Shown here one piece after another: positions 45,427-56,065 of a stretch of 64,000 nucleotides of DNA. Source of the stretch: Gammaproteobacteria bacterium (lineage in GTDB: Bacteria > Pseudomonadota > Gammaproteobacteria > Steroidobacterales > JABDLF01); the NCBI GenBank assembly GCA_041565075.1, contig JBFGOQ010000003.1:16394-80393 (forward strand). The letters run 5' to 3'. The notes below the pieces were generated by a model. It saw only the letters and a list, made by a program, of their open reading frames with translations. It did no database searches and had not been told where the DNA came from. A program made the position numbers and the translations under genes. How positions within the stretch are numbered: position 1 is the stretch's first letter; each line of letters opens with the position of its first letter.

Positions 45427-47646
45427 CTAGTTGATATTCGAGCCTTCCTTGAGGATCTTCGGCGTTACGAAGACCAGCAATTCAGACTTCTTGGACTGCT
45501 TCTGGGTTGACTTGAACAACCGGCCAACGACCGGCAGGTCGCCCAGGTAGGGCACCTTGTTAGTGGTGTCACGGCGATCAGTGATGTAGATGCCGCCAAG
45601 CACCACGGTTTCGCCATTCTTGACCAGCACCTGGGTGTTGACTTCATTGGTATCGATACTGGGTACAAAGCCCCCGGTGGCGCTGGGCACTTGCTCACCA
45701 ACGCTGTCGTTGCTGACCAGAAGGTCCATGATGATCCGGTCATCAGGCGTGATCTGTGGTGTCACTTCCAATCGCAGTACAGCCTTTTTGAACTGGGTCG
45801 CGGTAGCGCCGCTGGACGAAGCTTCCTGGTAGGGAATTTCTACGCCTTGTTCAATGCTGGCGCGCTTCTGGTTAGCGGTCACGACGCGGGGCGTGGAAAT
45901 TACTTCGCCGCGCCCTTCTGACTGCAGCGCCGCCAGCTCCAGGTCGATGAGGTAATCGGAATCCAGGATAGCCAGCGCCACCCGCCCGGCCGGATTGGCA
46001 ACCGGCACATTGACATTAAAGCGATCCGCTTGTGCTGGCATGTTCACCGGGAAGGGCTGACCGGAATCCTGCAGGTTCTCCAGGCCCGATTGCACAATTG
46101 TATCCGTGCCAGTCGCGCTGCCACTGACGGCGATCAATCCGTCGGTGCTGTTTTCGCTCACTGCTGTAGCACCTACCCGCACGCCGAGTTCACGACTGAA
46201 GTCGTCGTTGGCGATGACGATGCGGGACTCAATGAGGACCTGGCGGATCGGGATATCCAGCTGCCGGATTAGTCTGCGCACCTCGGCAAGTTTTTCAGCC
46301 GTATCCTGTACCAGCAGCGTGTTGGTGCGCTCATCGATAGCAACATTGCCGCGCTCGGATAGCAGGGCATTTCCGCCACCGATCAGAGCTGCCAGTTCCG
46401 AGGCCTTGGCGTAATTGACCTGGATGAACTCGGAGCGCAGCGGCACCAACTCTTCGATTTGCTTGCGCGATTCCAGCTCACGGCGTTCACGCTCGGCAAT
46501 TTCCTCGGCCGGCGCCACAATAATGACGTTATCGTGCTGGCGCATGTCGAGCCCCTTGGTGCGCAGCACGATGTCCAGTGCCTGATCCCAGGGCACGTTT
46601 TGCAGGCGCAAGGTAACGTTGCCGGTAACCGTGTCGCTGACAACGATGTTGAGACCGCTGGTGTCGGCCAGCAGCTGCAGCACCGCGCGCGTCTCGATAT
46701 CCTGGAAATTAAGCGTCAGGCGTTCGCCCGTATAGACCTTTTTTTCTTCCTCTTCGGCAGTCGCAGCTGCTCGTTCGGACATCGGCTTGAGCTCGATGAT
46801 AAACAGGTTGTCGGACTGGTAAGCAAGTTGTTCAAAATTGCCGGCGGCATTGACCACCATGCGTGTGTTGCCACCAACCTGCAAGGTATCGATAGTGCGC
46901 ACGGGCGTTGCAAAGTCTGTTACGTCCAGGCGCCGCATAAGTCGTGCGGGTAGGGATGCACCCGAGAAAACTGCTTGCACCTGAGTGCCTTCCTGACGCA
47001 AGTCGACCGGTGTGCCCGGATCACTTAAGCGGACCATGATCATGCCGGAACCATCTGCGCCACGCCGGAAGTCGACATCCTGGATGCCGCGTGCGCCAAC
47101 ACTGGCGGCCGGCGCGGCCGTGCCGGCCGCGGGCCCGAAGGTGGCCAGCGCGCCGGAGCCGGCTGCCGAGCCTTCCAGTCGAACTACGATGCTGTTGCCT
47201 TCCACCCTGGTCGTATAGGGCGTCAGTCCATCGAGATTGAGAACGACGCGTGTCCGGCCGCCGGCCTCAGCCGCCAATACCGTGTTCAGTGCACCGATGC
47301 CGACATCGGTGCGGCGTGACGCCAGACCCAGGCTGGTGCCGGGCAGATCAATGGCGATACGCGCCGGATTATCAATCGTGAAACTCAGGGGTTCGGGCGC
47401 CATACTTCTCAGCTGCAGACGCAATTCCACGCCCTGGCCGGGAAGTTGGGTAAATTCGATGGCTTGCAATTCATTGCTTGCTTCCTGCGCACTGGCGAGC
47501 GAGACGGGCAGAAGCCAGATGCCTGCCAACAGCATGGCAATGGCGAGTGCCTGTCGCCGGAATGACCACAGCATTGATTGCCGGTTCCGTTTCGCGCTTG
47601 AAGGCATTGTTATCAAGGTCATGCTTTTTACTCCAGGAGGCATCAT
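45427..47646 (-). CDS. pilQ: Type IV pilus secretin PilQ
   Basis: Two AMIN-like N-terminal repeats (IEFTQLPGQGVELRLQL... and VDFRRGADGSGMIMVRL...). Secretin C-terminus VLVKNGETVVLGGI...NKVPYLGDLPVVGRLFK. ATGA overlap with pilP. Confidence 0.95.
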   Translation of the reverse strand: MMPPGVKSMTLITMPSSAKRNRQSMLWSFRRQALAIAMLLAGIWLLPVSLASAQEASNELQAIEFTQLPGQGVELRLQLRSMAPEPLSFTIDNPARIAIDLPGTSLGLASRRTDVGIGALNTVLAAEAGGRTRVVLNLDGLTPYTTRVEGNSIVVRLEGSAAGSGALATFGPAAGTAAPAASVGARGIQDVDFRRGADGSGMIMVRLSDPGTPVDLRQEGTQVQAVFSGASLPARLMRRLDVTDFATPVRTIDTLQVGGNTRMVVNAAGNFEQLAYQSDNLFIIELKPMSERAAATAEEEEKKVYTGERLTLNFQDIETRAVLQLLADTSGLNIVVSDTVTGNVTLRLQNVPWDQALDIVLRTKGLDMRQHDNVIIVAPAEEIAERERRELESRKQIEELVPLRSEFIQVNYAKASELAALIGGGNALLSERGNVAIDERTNTLLVQDTAEKLAEVRRLIRQLDIPIRQVLIESRIVIANDDFSRELGVRVGATAVSENSTDGLIAVSGSATGTDTIVQSGLENLQDSGQPFPVNMPAQADRFNVNVPVANPAGRVALAILDSDYLIDLELAALQSEGRGEVISTPRVVTANQKRASIEQGVEIPYQEASSSGATATQFKKAVLRLEVTPQITPDDRIIMDLLVSNDSVGEQVPSATGGFVPSIDTNEVNTQVLVKNGETVVLGGIYITDRRDTTNKVPYLGDLPVVGRLFKSTQKQSKKSELLVFVTPKILKEGSNIN

Positions 47647-48191
47647 TCGCTCAGTGCAATGGCAGCGGGTCGTTCAATCCAACCGCCGAGTCCGTCTGAG
47701 ATGATTTCAACAAGCTTTATCTCCGAATCGTCCAGGGCAACGATGCGGCCGTGATTCTGGCCGGCGTAATCGCCTGATCTGACCTGGTGAATCAGGCCGT
47801 CAGGGTCTTGCACCAGACCAATGAGTTCGCCGCGCATGTTTAAGGTCCCCACCATGCGCAGAGAATCGAGGGGAAAATCTTCGAGAAATTCACGCTTACG
47901 ATTGGCATCAGGCTGCACACAGGGGCCAACGCAATCGCCGGGCGCCGGCCCGGTGGCCGCAACATCCGGCTGGAACGGCGAACGCCGGGCCTCAGCCGAA
48001 TAAGCGAAACTTTCATAAGGCCTGATCTGCGGCAGGGGGTCGATCGGACCGCCCGGTTTGGCAAGCGTCCTCTCGCGATAGTCTTCGAGATCAGACAGGT
48101 CCTTGGCGCAGCCGCTCAAAACAAAAACAGTGGCCATCACCAGGCCGATGGTAATTCTGCGGGCCTTATTGTTGCGATTCTCAGCAGTCAT
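47643..48191 (-). CDS. pilP: Type IV pilus biogenesis lipoprotein PilP
   Basis: Lipobox VFVLSGC. RSPF motif. C-terminal beta domain LRMVGTLNMRGELIGLVQDPDG. Position in the pilMNOPQ operon. Confidence 0.85.
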   Translation of the reverse strand: MTAENRNNKARRITIGLVMATVFVLSGCAKDLSDLEDYRERTLAKPGGPIDPLPQIRPYESFAYSAEARRSPFQPDVAATGPAPGDCVGPCVQPDANRKREFLEDFPLDSLRMVGTLNMRGELIGLVQDPDGLIHQVRSGDYAGQNHGRIVALDDSEIKLVEIISDGLGGWIERPAAIALSE

Positions 48192-48814
48192 TATTCACCC
48201 GTGCTTTCTTCCATGTACCGGTAAGTCTTGGCAGTGACATCCAGCACAAGCTCATCGAAATTGCGTGGCTGATTTGGCGCTCCGCCGCGTTGTGCAGGTG
48301 AAATTACGATGTCGTGGAGCGTGACAATACGTGGCAGTGCCGCGATGCCACTGACGAATTCCCCCATCTGATGATAGTTGCCGGTGAGGCGGATCTTAAT
48401 TGGCTTTTCGGCGTAGAACTCCCGTGCGAATTCCGGCAGTGGCTGGAACAGCTTTTCTTCCAGTCCGCTGGCGAGGCCTGTCTGGGATATATCCTGCAAC
48501 AGGCTTGGAATCTCCGTCTCACCAGGGAGCTGGCGAAGCATGGCGCCAAATGAACGGTTAATTTCTTCCAGCTGTTCCCGATACGCATCATAGTTCGCTG
48601 CTTTACGTTGCTTGCGCTCAAAGGTTTCTTTCAGAGACACTTCCTTCAGCTCGGCTTCCTCCAGCACCGGGTGCACGTTTCGCACAACCAGGTAATAGGA
48701 AAGGCCGCCCGCGACAAAAGCGAAAATGATGCCGATCAGGATGGCACGGAACAGCAGCGGCCAGCGACCGATGTCATTGATATCAAGGTTGCGAAGTTGC
48801 TCGAGGAAGTTCAT
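48191..48814 (-). CDS. pilO: Type IV pilus inner-membrane alignment protein PilO
   Basis: LRNLDINDIGRWPL, single TM, coiled coil, then IPSLLQDISQTGLASGL. Operon position. Confidence 0.85.
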   Translation of the reverse strand: MNFLEQLRNLDINDIGRWPLLFRAILIGIIFAFVAGGLSYYLVVRNVHPVLEEAELKEVSLKETFERKQRKAANYDAYREQLEEINRSFGAMLRQLPGETEIPSLLQDISQTGLASGLEEKLFQPLPEFAREFYAEKPIKIRLTGNYHQMGEFVSGIAALPRIVTLHDIVISPAQRGGAPNQPRNFDELVLDVTAKTYRYMEESTGE

Positions 48815-49380
48815 TCGCCTGCCTCCTCGATTTCGTCTTCCGGATGTTTCTGTGTGGCGAACAGCGTAAAGGCAGCGGTGCGTCGACGACCCTGTTCGGA
48901 AACTTCCACCACGCCAAGATCCGGATCACCCATCCAGCCCGAAGCGTCAATATTGCGCATGTAATTTGAAATTCGGCTGCTGGACTGAGCGACACCCTTG
49001 ATTTCCAGCCGGTCTCCGGTCTGCACTACCGAGGTCAGCTGCACGCCTTCTGGCAGCGTCCTGACCAGTTCGTCAAAAAGATGCACGACCTGCGGGCGAC
49101 TCTTCTGCAGCTCCTCGATAATCTCCATGCGCGCGATCAGGCGTTCTTTCTGCGCCTCGAGGTTGATAATTTCGGTGATCTGCTCGTCCAGCCTGGCTAT
49201 TTCGGCTTCCAGGAAAGCGTTGCGTGACTGCTGATACTCAATCTTGTTATCGACGTGATTGCTGTACAGCAAGTACACGCCAACCCCCAATGCCACTGCT
49301 GCTACTGCTGCAAGGCTGAAGTTCTTCTGGCGCTCTTTGCGTAATTCTTCGCGCCAAGGTAACAGGTTAATACGAGGCAT
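48811..49380 (-). CDS. pilN: Type IV pilus alignment protein PilN
   Basis: MPRINLLPWREELRKERQKNF (conserved INLLPWR motif), TM and coiled coil. ATGA overlap with pilO. Confidence 0.9.
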   Translation of the reverse strand: MPRINLLPWREELRKERQKNFSLAAVAAVALGVGVYLLYSNHVDNKIEYQQSRNAFLEAEIARLDEQITEIINLEAQKERLIARMEIIEELQKSRPQVVHLFDELVRTLPEGVQLTSVVQTGDRLEIKGVAQSSSRISNYMRNIDASGWMGDPDLGVVEVSEQGRRRTAAFTLFATQKHPEDEIEEAGE

Positions 49381-49381
49381 A

Positions 49382-50443
49382 TCAGTCGAAGCTCCTGAGT
49401 GCCAGGCCGCAAGCCGTCAGCAAGGCGGTGGCATCACTTTGTACACCCTGGGCGCGTGCCTTCGAAGAAATTTTCATCTTTCCAAGCGGGTCGCCGACAC
49501 GCGTAGGAATGTTCACGCGGCTTTGAATGACTTCGCTGACGCCGGGAATATTGGCGCAGCCGCCACAAATGAGAATCTGGTCAGGCTGTTCCCTGCCACC
49601 ACCGGAGGCAAGATAAAATTGCAATGAGCGGCTGACCTGTTGCGTCATATCGTCGATAAAGGGATCGAGAACCTCAGGCTGGTAATTGCTGGGCAGCCCG
49701 CCCTCTTTCTTGGCGCGCCCCGCTTCCTGCTGACTGAGACCATAAGTGCGCATAATTTCTTCGGTCAGTTGCTGACCGCCGAAAGCAAAATCGCGCGTGT
49801 AAATAACTTTCAGATCACGCAATACACTAAATGTTGTGCTGCTTGCGCCGAAATCGACGACAGCCACTGAATGGTTCATGCCGTTGTCCGGCATCTGGTG
49901 TTTCAGGAGCTGACAGGCATTCTCCAGGGCGAAGGCTTCCACGTCCACAATGCGCGCGAGCAGTCCGGCAGCTTCGGCCGCTGCCTGGCGCTGCTCCACG
50001 TTATCACTGCGGCTGGCCACCAGCAGCACATCGATCATGTCGGGGTCTTTGTCGGTCGGCCCGATAACTTCGAAGTCGTAGCTCACCTCTTCCATTGGGA
50101 AGGGAATGTACTGATCGGCCTGCAATTCGACCTGGCCCTCGAGTTCGGAAGCGCCGAGATTGGCGGGCATCTGGATGACCTTGGTAATTGCGGCGTCTCC
50201 GCTGATCGCCAAAGCGGCATCCCGCGTCCGCGTGCCGGCGCGTTTCACCGCGCGGCTGATCGCTTCGCCGACGGCCTTGACGTCGACAATTGTTTTTTCA
50301 GTAATGGAATTGGGCGGCGTCGGTTCAGCCGAGTAGGCGTCAACGCGAAACCCGTTGGAGCCCTTGGAAAGCTCGATGAGCTTGACCGAAGAGGTCGTTA
50401 CGTCCAGGCCCAGTAGCTGCTTGGTCTTCTTTCCGAAAAGCAC
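49382..50443 (-). CDS. pilM: Type IV pilus assembly ATPase-fold (actin-like) protein PilM
   Basis: LLGLDVTTSSVKLIELSK, VVDFGASSTTFSVL and LICGGCANIPG. GTG start with AGGA 6 nt upstream. Divergent from mrcA, as in Pseudomonas. Confidence 0.9.
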   Translation of the reverse strand: MLFGKKTKQLLGLDVTTSSVKLIELSKGSNGFRVDAYSAEPTPPNSITEKTIVDVKAVGEAISRAVKRAGTRTRDAALAISGDAAITKVIQMPANLGASELEGQVELQADQYIPFPMEEVSYDFEVIGPTDKDPDMIDVLLVASRSDNVEQRQAAAEAAGLLARIVDVEAFALENACQLLKHQMPDNGMNHSVAVVDFGASSTTFSVLRDLKVIYTRDFAFGGQQLTEEIMRTYGLSQQEAGRAKKEGGLPSNYQPEVLDPFIDDMTQQVSRSLQFYLASGGGREQPDQILICGGCANIPGVSEVIQSRVNIPTRVGDPLGKMKISSKARAQGVQSDATALLTACGLALRSFD

Positions 50444-50874
50444 ATTTTTTCCTTTCTACGTCGGTAGCTTGCAGGAGAAATATCCACCGATGCCTGAGAT
50501 AAGTGGCTCAAATATATATCAATCAAGGTCTGAGTTCATGCCCGAGCTTGAAAAAAGTCCGGCGACCCCCTGACCGCCTCTTCCTGCGGACCTTGCCATT
50601 ATGTAAAGCAAGAGTCATGCCAGAAAGCAAGTTTTGCCCTTAATTATGCGGATTTCACCTGACATTGACCGCCCGGACAACAGTTTCCGAGGCATCCTCT
50701 CCCAATAAGCGCCGCACCGCATACGATCTGGGTCACAATCTGACAATATTTGTCAGAGAAATCCAGCATTTTATGGCGGTATATGTGGATCCCGGCAGCG
50801 ACTCCGCCTGGCCGTTCTTTGCGGGAGTTTTACTTATATAATGCGCGCTCCGCGCGGGTTCCCATCCATCAACC

Positions 50875-53322
50875 ATGAAACGATCGCTATCAATATCTCT
50901 GACCCTGGCCGCGGTGGGACTTGCGATGGCCGCATTGGGCGTGCTGCTCGCCGTAGGGGCATACGTCTATGTGACGCCAAGTCTGCCGTCCGCCAATACC
51001 CTCAAAGACGTGCGCCTGCAGGTACCGCTCAGGGTCTACACCAGGGATGGCAAGCTCATGGCCGAGTTCGGCGAAAAGCGCCGGGTACCCGTGGCGTGGG
51101 AAGACCTGCCGCCAAGGGTGATCAATGCCTTGCTGGCGGCCGAGGACGATCGTTTTTTCGACCATCCAGGCGTTGACTACCAGGGAATTATTCGTGCTGC
51201 GCTGGGCGTCCTGCGTACCGGGTCGCTGGGCGGTTCGGGCGGCAGCACCATAACCATGCAGGTGGCCCGCAATTTCTTCAATCTCGGTGAACAACACAGC
51301 CGGGAGCGGACTATCATCCGCAAAATGCGCGAGATTTTTCTGTCCATAAAAATCGAGCGCGAGCTGAGCAAGCAGGATATTCTCACTCTTTATCTGAATA
51401 AAATATTTATGGGTCAGCGTGCCTACGGGATTGGCGCCGCTGCCGAAGTCTATTACGGGAAGACTATAAACGAGCTCGAAATCAATGAAATCGCAACGCT
51501 GATCGGCCTGCTGCCCGCACCGTCTGCATATAACCCGATCAGCTACCCGGACAGGGCACGGGTGCGGCGTGCTTACGTATTGCGCCGGATGCACGAGCTG
51601 GGAAATATTGATGACGCCGAACTGGCGGAGGCTCACGCGCAGCCGATAGCAACCTGGTTTCATGGTCCGACAGTCGAAGTAAACGCTCCGTATTTCGCCG
51701 AGCTTGCGAGGAGCGCCGCCATCGAACGCCTCGGAGACGGCGCATATACAGAAGGCTATCGGGTGATTACCACCGCCGACAGTCGGCTGCAAACAGCGGC
51801 GGTGCGGGGCGTACGCAGAGCCATACTCGAGTACGAGCGTCGCCATGGCTACAAGGGCCCCGTCGCCAGGCTCGAATGGCCGAATTCGCTGGAGGAAGAT
51901 CGCTGGGACGAGTTGCTGGTGCAGTACCCGCAGCCCGGACACCTGCAGGTCGCGCTGGTTACCGCTGTGGGCGACCAGGAAGCGAGCGTCCTGTTGGTCG
52001 ATGGCACCAAAGCATCTTTGCAGTGGCCGGGTCTCGAATGGGCCGCACCACACGTCAATGAAAACATAGTTGGCGACGCACCGGAAAAAGCCTCGGATAT
52101 CGTTGCCGCGGGCGACGTCATTTATGTTGAGCAACTGCAGGACGGGAGTTGGGCGCTAGGGCAGGTACCCGTAATTCAGGGTGCCATGGTTGCGCTCGAT
52201 CCGCTGGATGGTGCTGTGGTTGCATTGTGTGGTGGTTTTGATTATTCGCAAAGCAAGTTCAACCGTGCGATCCAGGCGCGGCGCCAGCCGGGTTCTGCCT
52301 TCAAGCCCTTTGTTTATTCTGCGGCTTTGGAGAACGGTTTTACGGCTGCGTCGCTGATCAACGACGCCCCCGTGGTCTTCGAAGACGCCGCATTGGAAAC
52401 GACCTGGCGGCCGGACAATTACAGTGGGCGTTTCCATGGCCCGACGCGCTTGCGGGAAGCCCTGATCAATTCGCGCAATCTGGTTTCCATTCGTGTGCTG
52501 CGATCCATGGGAATCAGCTCCGCCATCGGGCATATCCAGGCCTTCGGTTTCGATCGTGAGACTTTGCCGGCGGACCTGTCTCTGGCGCTGGGCAGCGTCA
52601 CCCTGACACCGTTGGAGCTTGCCAGTGCCTATACGGTTTTTGCCAACGGTGGATTTGCAACCGAACCCTATTTTATCGACCGGATAATCGACAGCCAGGG
52701 ACACATGGTCTTTGCGCCTGATCCGGTGCTGGCACCGTGGCCGGAACAGGCACACGAAATCCGCATGCCGGAAGATGCTGCAGAGGAAAGCGAAGACCCG
52801 CTGCCCGGCAGCATGCGCCTGGCACCACGGGTGGTGCCGGCGGACAACGTATTTATATTGACTGACATGATGAAAGATGTGGTGCGCCGGGGCTCGGGCA
52901 GGCGGGCGCTGGTATTGGGTCGCACCGACCTGGCCGGCAAGACCGGTACCACGAACGAGGAGCGAGACGCCTGGTTCAGCGGCTTCAATGCCAATATCGT
53001 GACCACGGCCTGGGTGGGCTTCGACCAGGTGCGCCCCATGGGACTCGGGGAGCAGGGTGGCGTGACGGCGCTGCCTGCCTGGATCGACTTCATGCGCACA
53101 GCACTGGCAGATACCCGGGAGTCTGAGCTGCCGGCACCGCCGGGGCTGGTGACCGTGAGGATTTCCCGGGAGACCGGGTTGCTGGCACGCGCCGGGAACC
53201 AAGACACTTTGTTCGAGACCTTCAGGGGCGATACCATCCCTGAGCTTGAGCCCGAGCTTGAAGCCAGCATTTTCTCGCTGGATCTTGAAGACGAAGAACA
53301 AGAGCCTGAGTCGCTGTTCTAG
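50875..53322 (+). CDS. mrcA: Penicillin-binding protein 1A (bifunctional glycosyltransferase/transpeptidase)
   Basis: GT51 motifs EDDRFFDHPGVD and GGSTITMQVARN. Transpeptidase motifs SAFKPFVY (SxxK), SRN and KTGTT. 815 aa. Confidence 0.92.
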   Translation: MKRSLSISLTLAAVGLAMAALGVLLAVGAYVYVTPSLPSANTLKDVRLQVPLRVYTRDGKLMAEFGEKRRVPVAWEDLPPRVINALLAAEDDRFFDHPGVDYQGIIRAALGVLRTGSLGGSGGSTITMQVARNFFNLGEQHSRERTIIRKMREIFLSIKIERELSKQDILTLYLNKIFMGQRAYGIGAAAEVYYGKTINELEINEIATLIGLLPAPSAYNPISYPDRARVRRAYVLRRMHELGNIDDAELAEAHAQPIATWFHGPTVEVNAPYFAELARSAAIERLGDGAYTEGYRVITTADSRLQTAAVRGVRRAILEYERRHGYKGPVARLEWPNSLEEDRWDELLVQYPQPGHLQVALVTAVGDQEASVLLVDGTKASLQWPGLEWAAPHVNENIVGDAPEKASDIVAAGDVIYVEQLQDGSWALGQVPVIQGAMVALDPLDGAVVALCGGFDYSQSKFNRAIQARRQPGSAFKPFVYSAALENGFTAASLINDAPVVFEDAALETTWRPDNYSGRFHGPTRLREALINSRNLVSIRVLRSMGISSAIGHIQAFGFDRETLPADLSLALGSVTLTPLELASAYTVFANGGFATEPYFIDRIIDSQGHMVFAPDPVLAPWPEQAHEIRMPEDAAEESEDPLPGSMRLAPRVVPADNVFILTDMMKDVVRRGSGRRALVLGRTDLAGKTGTTNEERDAWFSGFNANIVTTAWVGFDQVRPMGLGEQGGVTALPAWIDFMRTALADTRESELPAPPGLVTVRISRETGLLARAGNQDTLFETFRGDTIPELEPELEASIFSLDLEDEEQEPESLF

Positions 53323-53351
53323 CTAACGCCTGAATGACAAGGGGATGGCGG

Positions 53352-53975
53352 ATGCCACGCAAGACACATGAGCGCGCGGAAAACCTGCGCCGAGAGCTGG
53401 CCCAGGCGGCAGCTCGGATAATGGCTGAACAAGGCATATCTGATTTTTTCATGGCCAAGCAAAAGGCCGCGCAGCGGCTCGGGGTGAGCGAGAATGGCAA
53501 CCTGCCACGCAATGTCGAAATTCAAACCGCGCTGGAGGAATATCATCGTCTTTTCGGCGCCGAGAAACAGGATACTCTGATCAGGACCTTACGCCGCGAG
53601 GCACGCAAGGCGATGATGCTGTTTGACGATTTTCACCCGCGCCTGGTCGGCCAGGTCCTGGCCGGCACCGCGTCGGATCATGCCGCTATCGAGCTGCACG
53701 TGTTTGCCGACACGCCCGAGCAGGTGGCGATGCATCTGTTGCACAACGAAGTACCCTACGAGATGAGCGAGTGGCGCGGTCGGTCCAGGCGTGGCGAGGC
53801 ACTTAGCTACGCGGCCTATACGTTTATGGCCGGCGACGTGCCAGTGGAGGCGGTGGTATTTCCGCTCAAGGGTCTGCGTGAAGCACCCAGCAGCCCGGTC
53901 GACGGCCGCCCGATGATACGGGCGAGTATGCGCGAACTCGACGCGTTACTGGCGGCAAGCAACAGCGCCAGCTAA
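53352..53975 (+). CDS. Hypothetical protein downstream of mrcA
   Basis: AAGGGGA lies 6 nt before the ATG at 53352. 207 aa. The N-terminal helical segment (ISDFFMAKQKAAQRLGV) is HTH-like. The central VLAGTASDHAAIELHVFAD vaguely resembles a degenerate nucleotidyltransferase motif. No confident family assignment. Confidence 0.5.
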   Translation: MPRKTHERAENLRRELAQAAARIMAEQGISDFFMAKQKAAQRLGVSENGNLPRNVEIQTALEEYHRLFGAEKQDTLIRTLRREARKAMMLFDDFHPRLVGQVLAGTASDHAAIELHVFADTPEQVAMHLLHNEVPYEMSEWRGRSRRGEALSYAAYTFMAGDVPVEAVVFPLKGLREAPSSPVDGRPMIRASMRELDALLAASNSAS

Positions 53976-53994
53976 TGATGCTCAGGACAAGTTC

Positions 53995-55293
53995 TCAGCT
54001 GCGTTTGCTGATGTCCTGGTAGTCGCGTTTTTCGGGTCCGATATAAACCTGTCGCGGACGGCCAATACGACGATCCGGATCCTCGAGCGATTCCTGCCAG
54101 TGGGCGACCCAGCCCACGGTCCGCGCGATCGCGAACATGACCGTGAACATGCTGGTAGGTATGTTTAGCGCCTTGTAAATGATGCCGGAATAGAAGTCGA
54201 CGTTCGGATACAGGTTACGCTTGACGAAGTACTCGTCTTTCAGGGCGACTTCTTCCAGCGCCATGGCAAGCTCCAGCAATGGCTCGTCCGAGCGCCCCAG
54301 CTCCGCCAGCACCTGATGGCACATATCCCGGATCAATGCGGCACGCGGATCGTAGTTTTTGTAAACCCTGTGACCAAAGCCCATCAGGCGGAATGGATCC
54401 GACTTATCCTTGGCGCGCTCGACGAACTTCGGGATATTCGCGGCACTGCCAATTTCGTTGAGCATGTTGAGCACGGCTTCGTTGGCGCCACCATGTGCCG
54501 GGCCCCACAAGGACGAAACTCCGGCCGCAATTGCAGCGTAGGGATTGCTGTCTGAGCTGCCGGCAATGCGCACCGTCGAGGTGCTGGCATTCTGTTCGTG
54601 ATCGGCGTGCAGAATAAATAGCAGGTCCAGTGCCTTGGCGGCCACCGGGTTAACTTCGAAAGTTTCGCACGGTACTGCGAAAAACATTCTCAGCATATTG
54701 CTGCAGTAGTCGAGTTCGTTGCTGGGGTAAATGAACGGCTGCCCTTGCGAATGCTTGTAAGCTGCGGCAGCTATCGTCGGTATCTTGGCAATGATGCGAT
54801 GGGCAAATATTTCGCGATGCGCCGCATTCCGGATATCAGTACTGTCGTGATAGAACGCCGACATCGAGCAGATCACCGACGAAACCATTGCCATCGGATG
54901 AGCGTCGTAATGGAAACCGTTGAAGAAACGGAGCAAGGCCTCATTGATCATGGTGTGATAACGAATCTGATGATCAAACGCATCCAGCTGCCGGCTGGTC
55001 GGGAGCTCGCCATACAACAGGAGATATGCTACTTCGACAAAATTGCTTTTCTCGGCCAGTTGTTCGATGGGGTAGCCGCGATACATCAGCACGCCCTTGC
55101 TGCCATCGATGAACGTAATCGCGCTCTTGCAGGATGAGGTTGCCGCGAAGCCGGGGTCATAGGTAAATACGCCATGGTCTTTGAAAAGCCGCGTCACCCC
55201 TATCGAGGCGGGCCCCATGGTGCCTTCATGAACCGGCAGCTCGGCTTTCTGACCGGTATCCGGGTTCACCAGTTCAAATGACTTGTCACTCAT
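53995..55293 (-). CDS. gltA: Citrate synthase (type II)
   Basis: [14 protein letters not shown] signature, [11 protein letters not shown] and [10 protein letters not shown]. 432 aa. Confidence 0.95.
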   Translation of the reverse strand: MSDKSFELVNPDTGQKAELPVHEGTMGPASIGVTRLFKDHGVFTYDPGFAATSSCKSAITFIDGSKGVLMYRGYPIEQLAEKSNFVEVAYLLLYGELPTSRQLDAFDHQIRYHTMINEALLRFFNGFHYDAHPMAMVSSVICSMSAFYHDSTDIRNAAHREIFAHRIIAKIPTIAAAAYKHSQGQPFIYPSNELDYCSNMLRMFFAVPCETFEVNPVAAKALDLLFILHADHEQNASTSTVRIAGSSDSNPYAAIAAGVSSLWGPAHGGANEAVLNMLNEIGSAANIPKFVERAKDKSDPFRLMGFGHRVYKNYDPRAALIRDMCHQVLAELGRSDEPLLELAMALEEVALKDEYFVKRNLYPNVDFYSGIIYKALNIPTSMFTVMFAIARTVGWVAHWQESLEDPDRRIGRPRQVYIGPEKRDYQDISKRS

Positions 55294-55561
55294 ATGGAGG
55301 GGCTCCTTTTGCTGCCCTTTGCAGCTGCGTTCCCGGTCGTGTTGGCGAAGCCTGGCAGGTATTCGCTTGTCCGGGCCGGTGTCTTAGTACGGAGGGGCCA
55401 CTGGCACTCTGGCCCAGTCATGCCTTGCCCTGCACACGCCTGCGAGAGCGTGCTTTCCGGCTATTTTGCTTACCACCCGGTGTGGTGACCGATTATAGGT
55501 CAGTAGATATTCAAAATCACAGCGGGAGCTGTGGCAATGGGTATAGCAGGCGGCCTGGCAA

Positions 55562-55587
55562 GAAAAAGGGCGCCCTACCGGCGCCCT
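55562..55587 (-). terminator. Rho-independent terminator of rpmE
   Basis: On the minus strand: AGGGCGCC-GGTAG-GGCGCCCT (8-bp stem) followed by TTTTTCT. It lies about 30 nt after the rpmE stop. Confidence 0.8.
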
Positions 55588-55616
55588 CTCAATATATGCA
55601 CGCAGGCCGCATCAAA

Positions 55617-55826
55617 TCACGACTTCAACCCATACTTGCGGCGGAACTTATCCACTCGCCCACCCGAATCGAGAATCTTCTGTTTGCCGGTGAAGAAGGG
55701 ATGGCACTGGGAACACACCTCGACGTGAACCTCGTCGTCACTTAGCGTCGAGCGCGTTTCAAATGCATTGCCGCAGGCGCAGACGATCTTGGTAGTGGTG
55801 TACTCGGGATGGATATCGGCTTTCAT
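55617..55826 (-). CDS. rpmE: 50S ribosomal protein L31 (Zn-ribbon type A)
   Basis: [27 protein letters not shown]...[16 protein letters not shown]. CxC...CxxC present. Confidence 0.95.
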   Translation of the reverse strand: MKADIHPEYTTTKIVCACGNAFETRSTLSDDEVHVEVCSQCHPFFTGKQKILDSGGRVDKFRRKYGLKS

Positions 55827-56032
55827 TACAGCTTCCTGACTCGGTGCCCAACGGGCCTGCGAAAAGGCGCGCTATCCTAGCGATAAAGGCCCTGAGTGAC
55901 AAGCCTGCGCCCGCGAAACGGCTGACTCTGCCCGGTTAAATTGCCGCTTGAACGCAGTCCCGGGGCGATCGGCTTTCTCACAGTTTCGTAACCAATGCTG
56001 TGTAACTTCCTGCCGGGCAAGCATCTTTTTCC

Positions 56033-56065
56033 TTATCCACATTTCCTGTGGATAACTCTGTGGAC
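56033..56065. promoter_or_regulatory. DnaA-box cluster: two perfect consensus boxes in inverted orientation plus a third 7/9 box
   Basis: TTATCCACA (56033-56041), spacer tttcc, then TGTGGATAA (56047-56055), spacer ctc, then TGTGGACGA (56059-56067, a 7/9 match on the bottom strand). Located in the 484-bp rof-rpmE spacer. Confidence 0.6.

Noticed and set aside
50551-50570. AAAGTCCGG string resembling the RNase P RNA P4 motif (GAGGAAAGUCCGGGC)
   Set aside because: The match covers only 9 nt. The flanking sequence lacks the rest of the conserved P4 region and the other conserved RNase P RNA regions.
50890-53301. 414-aa and 381-aa minus-strand ORFs opposite mrcA
   Set aside because: They are antisense to an unmistakable PBP1A (all GT51 and SxxK/SRN/KTG motifs present). 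Their composition is low-complexity and Arg/Gln/His-rich.
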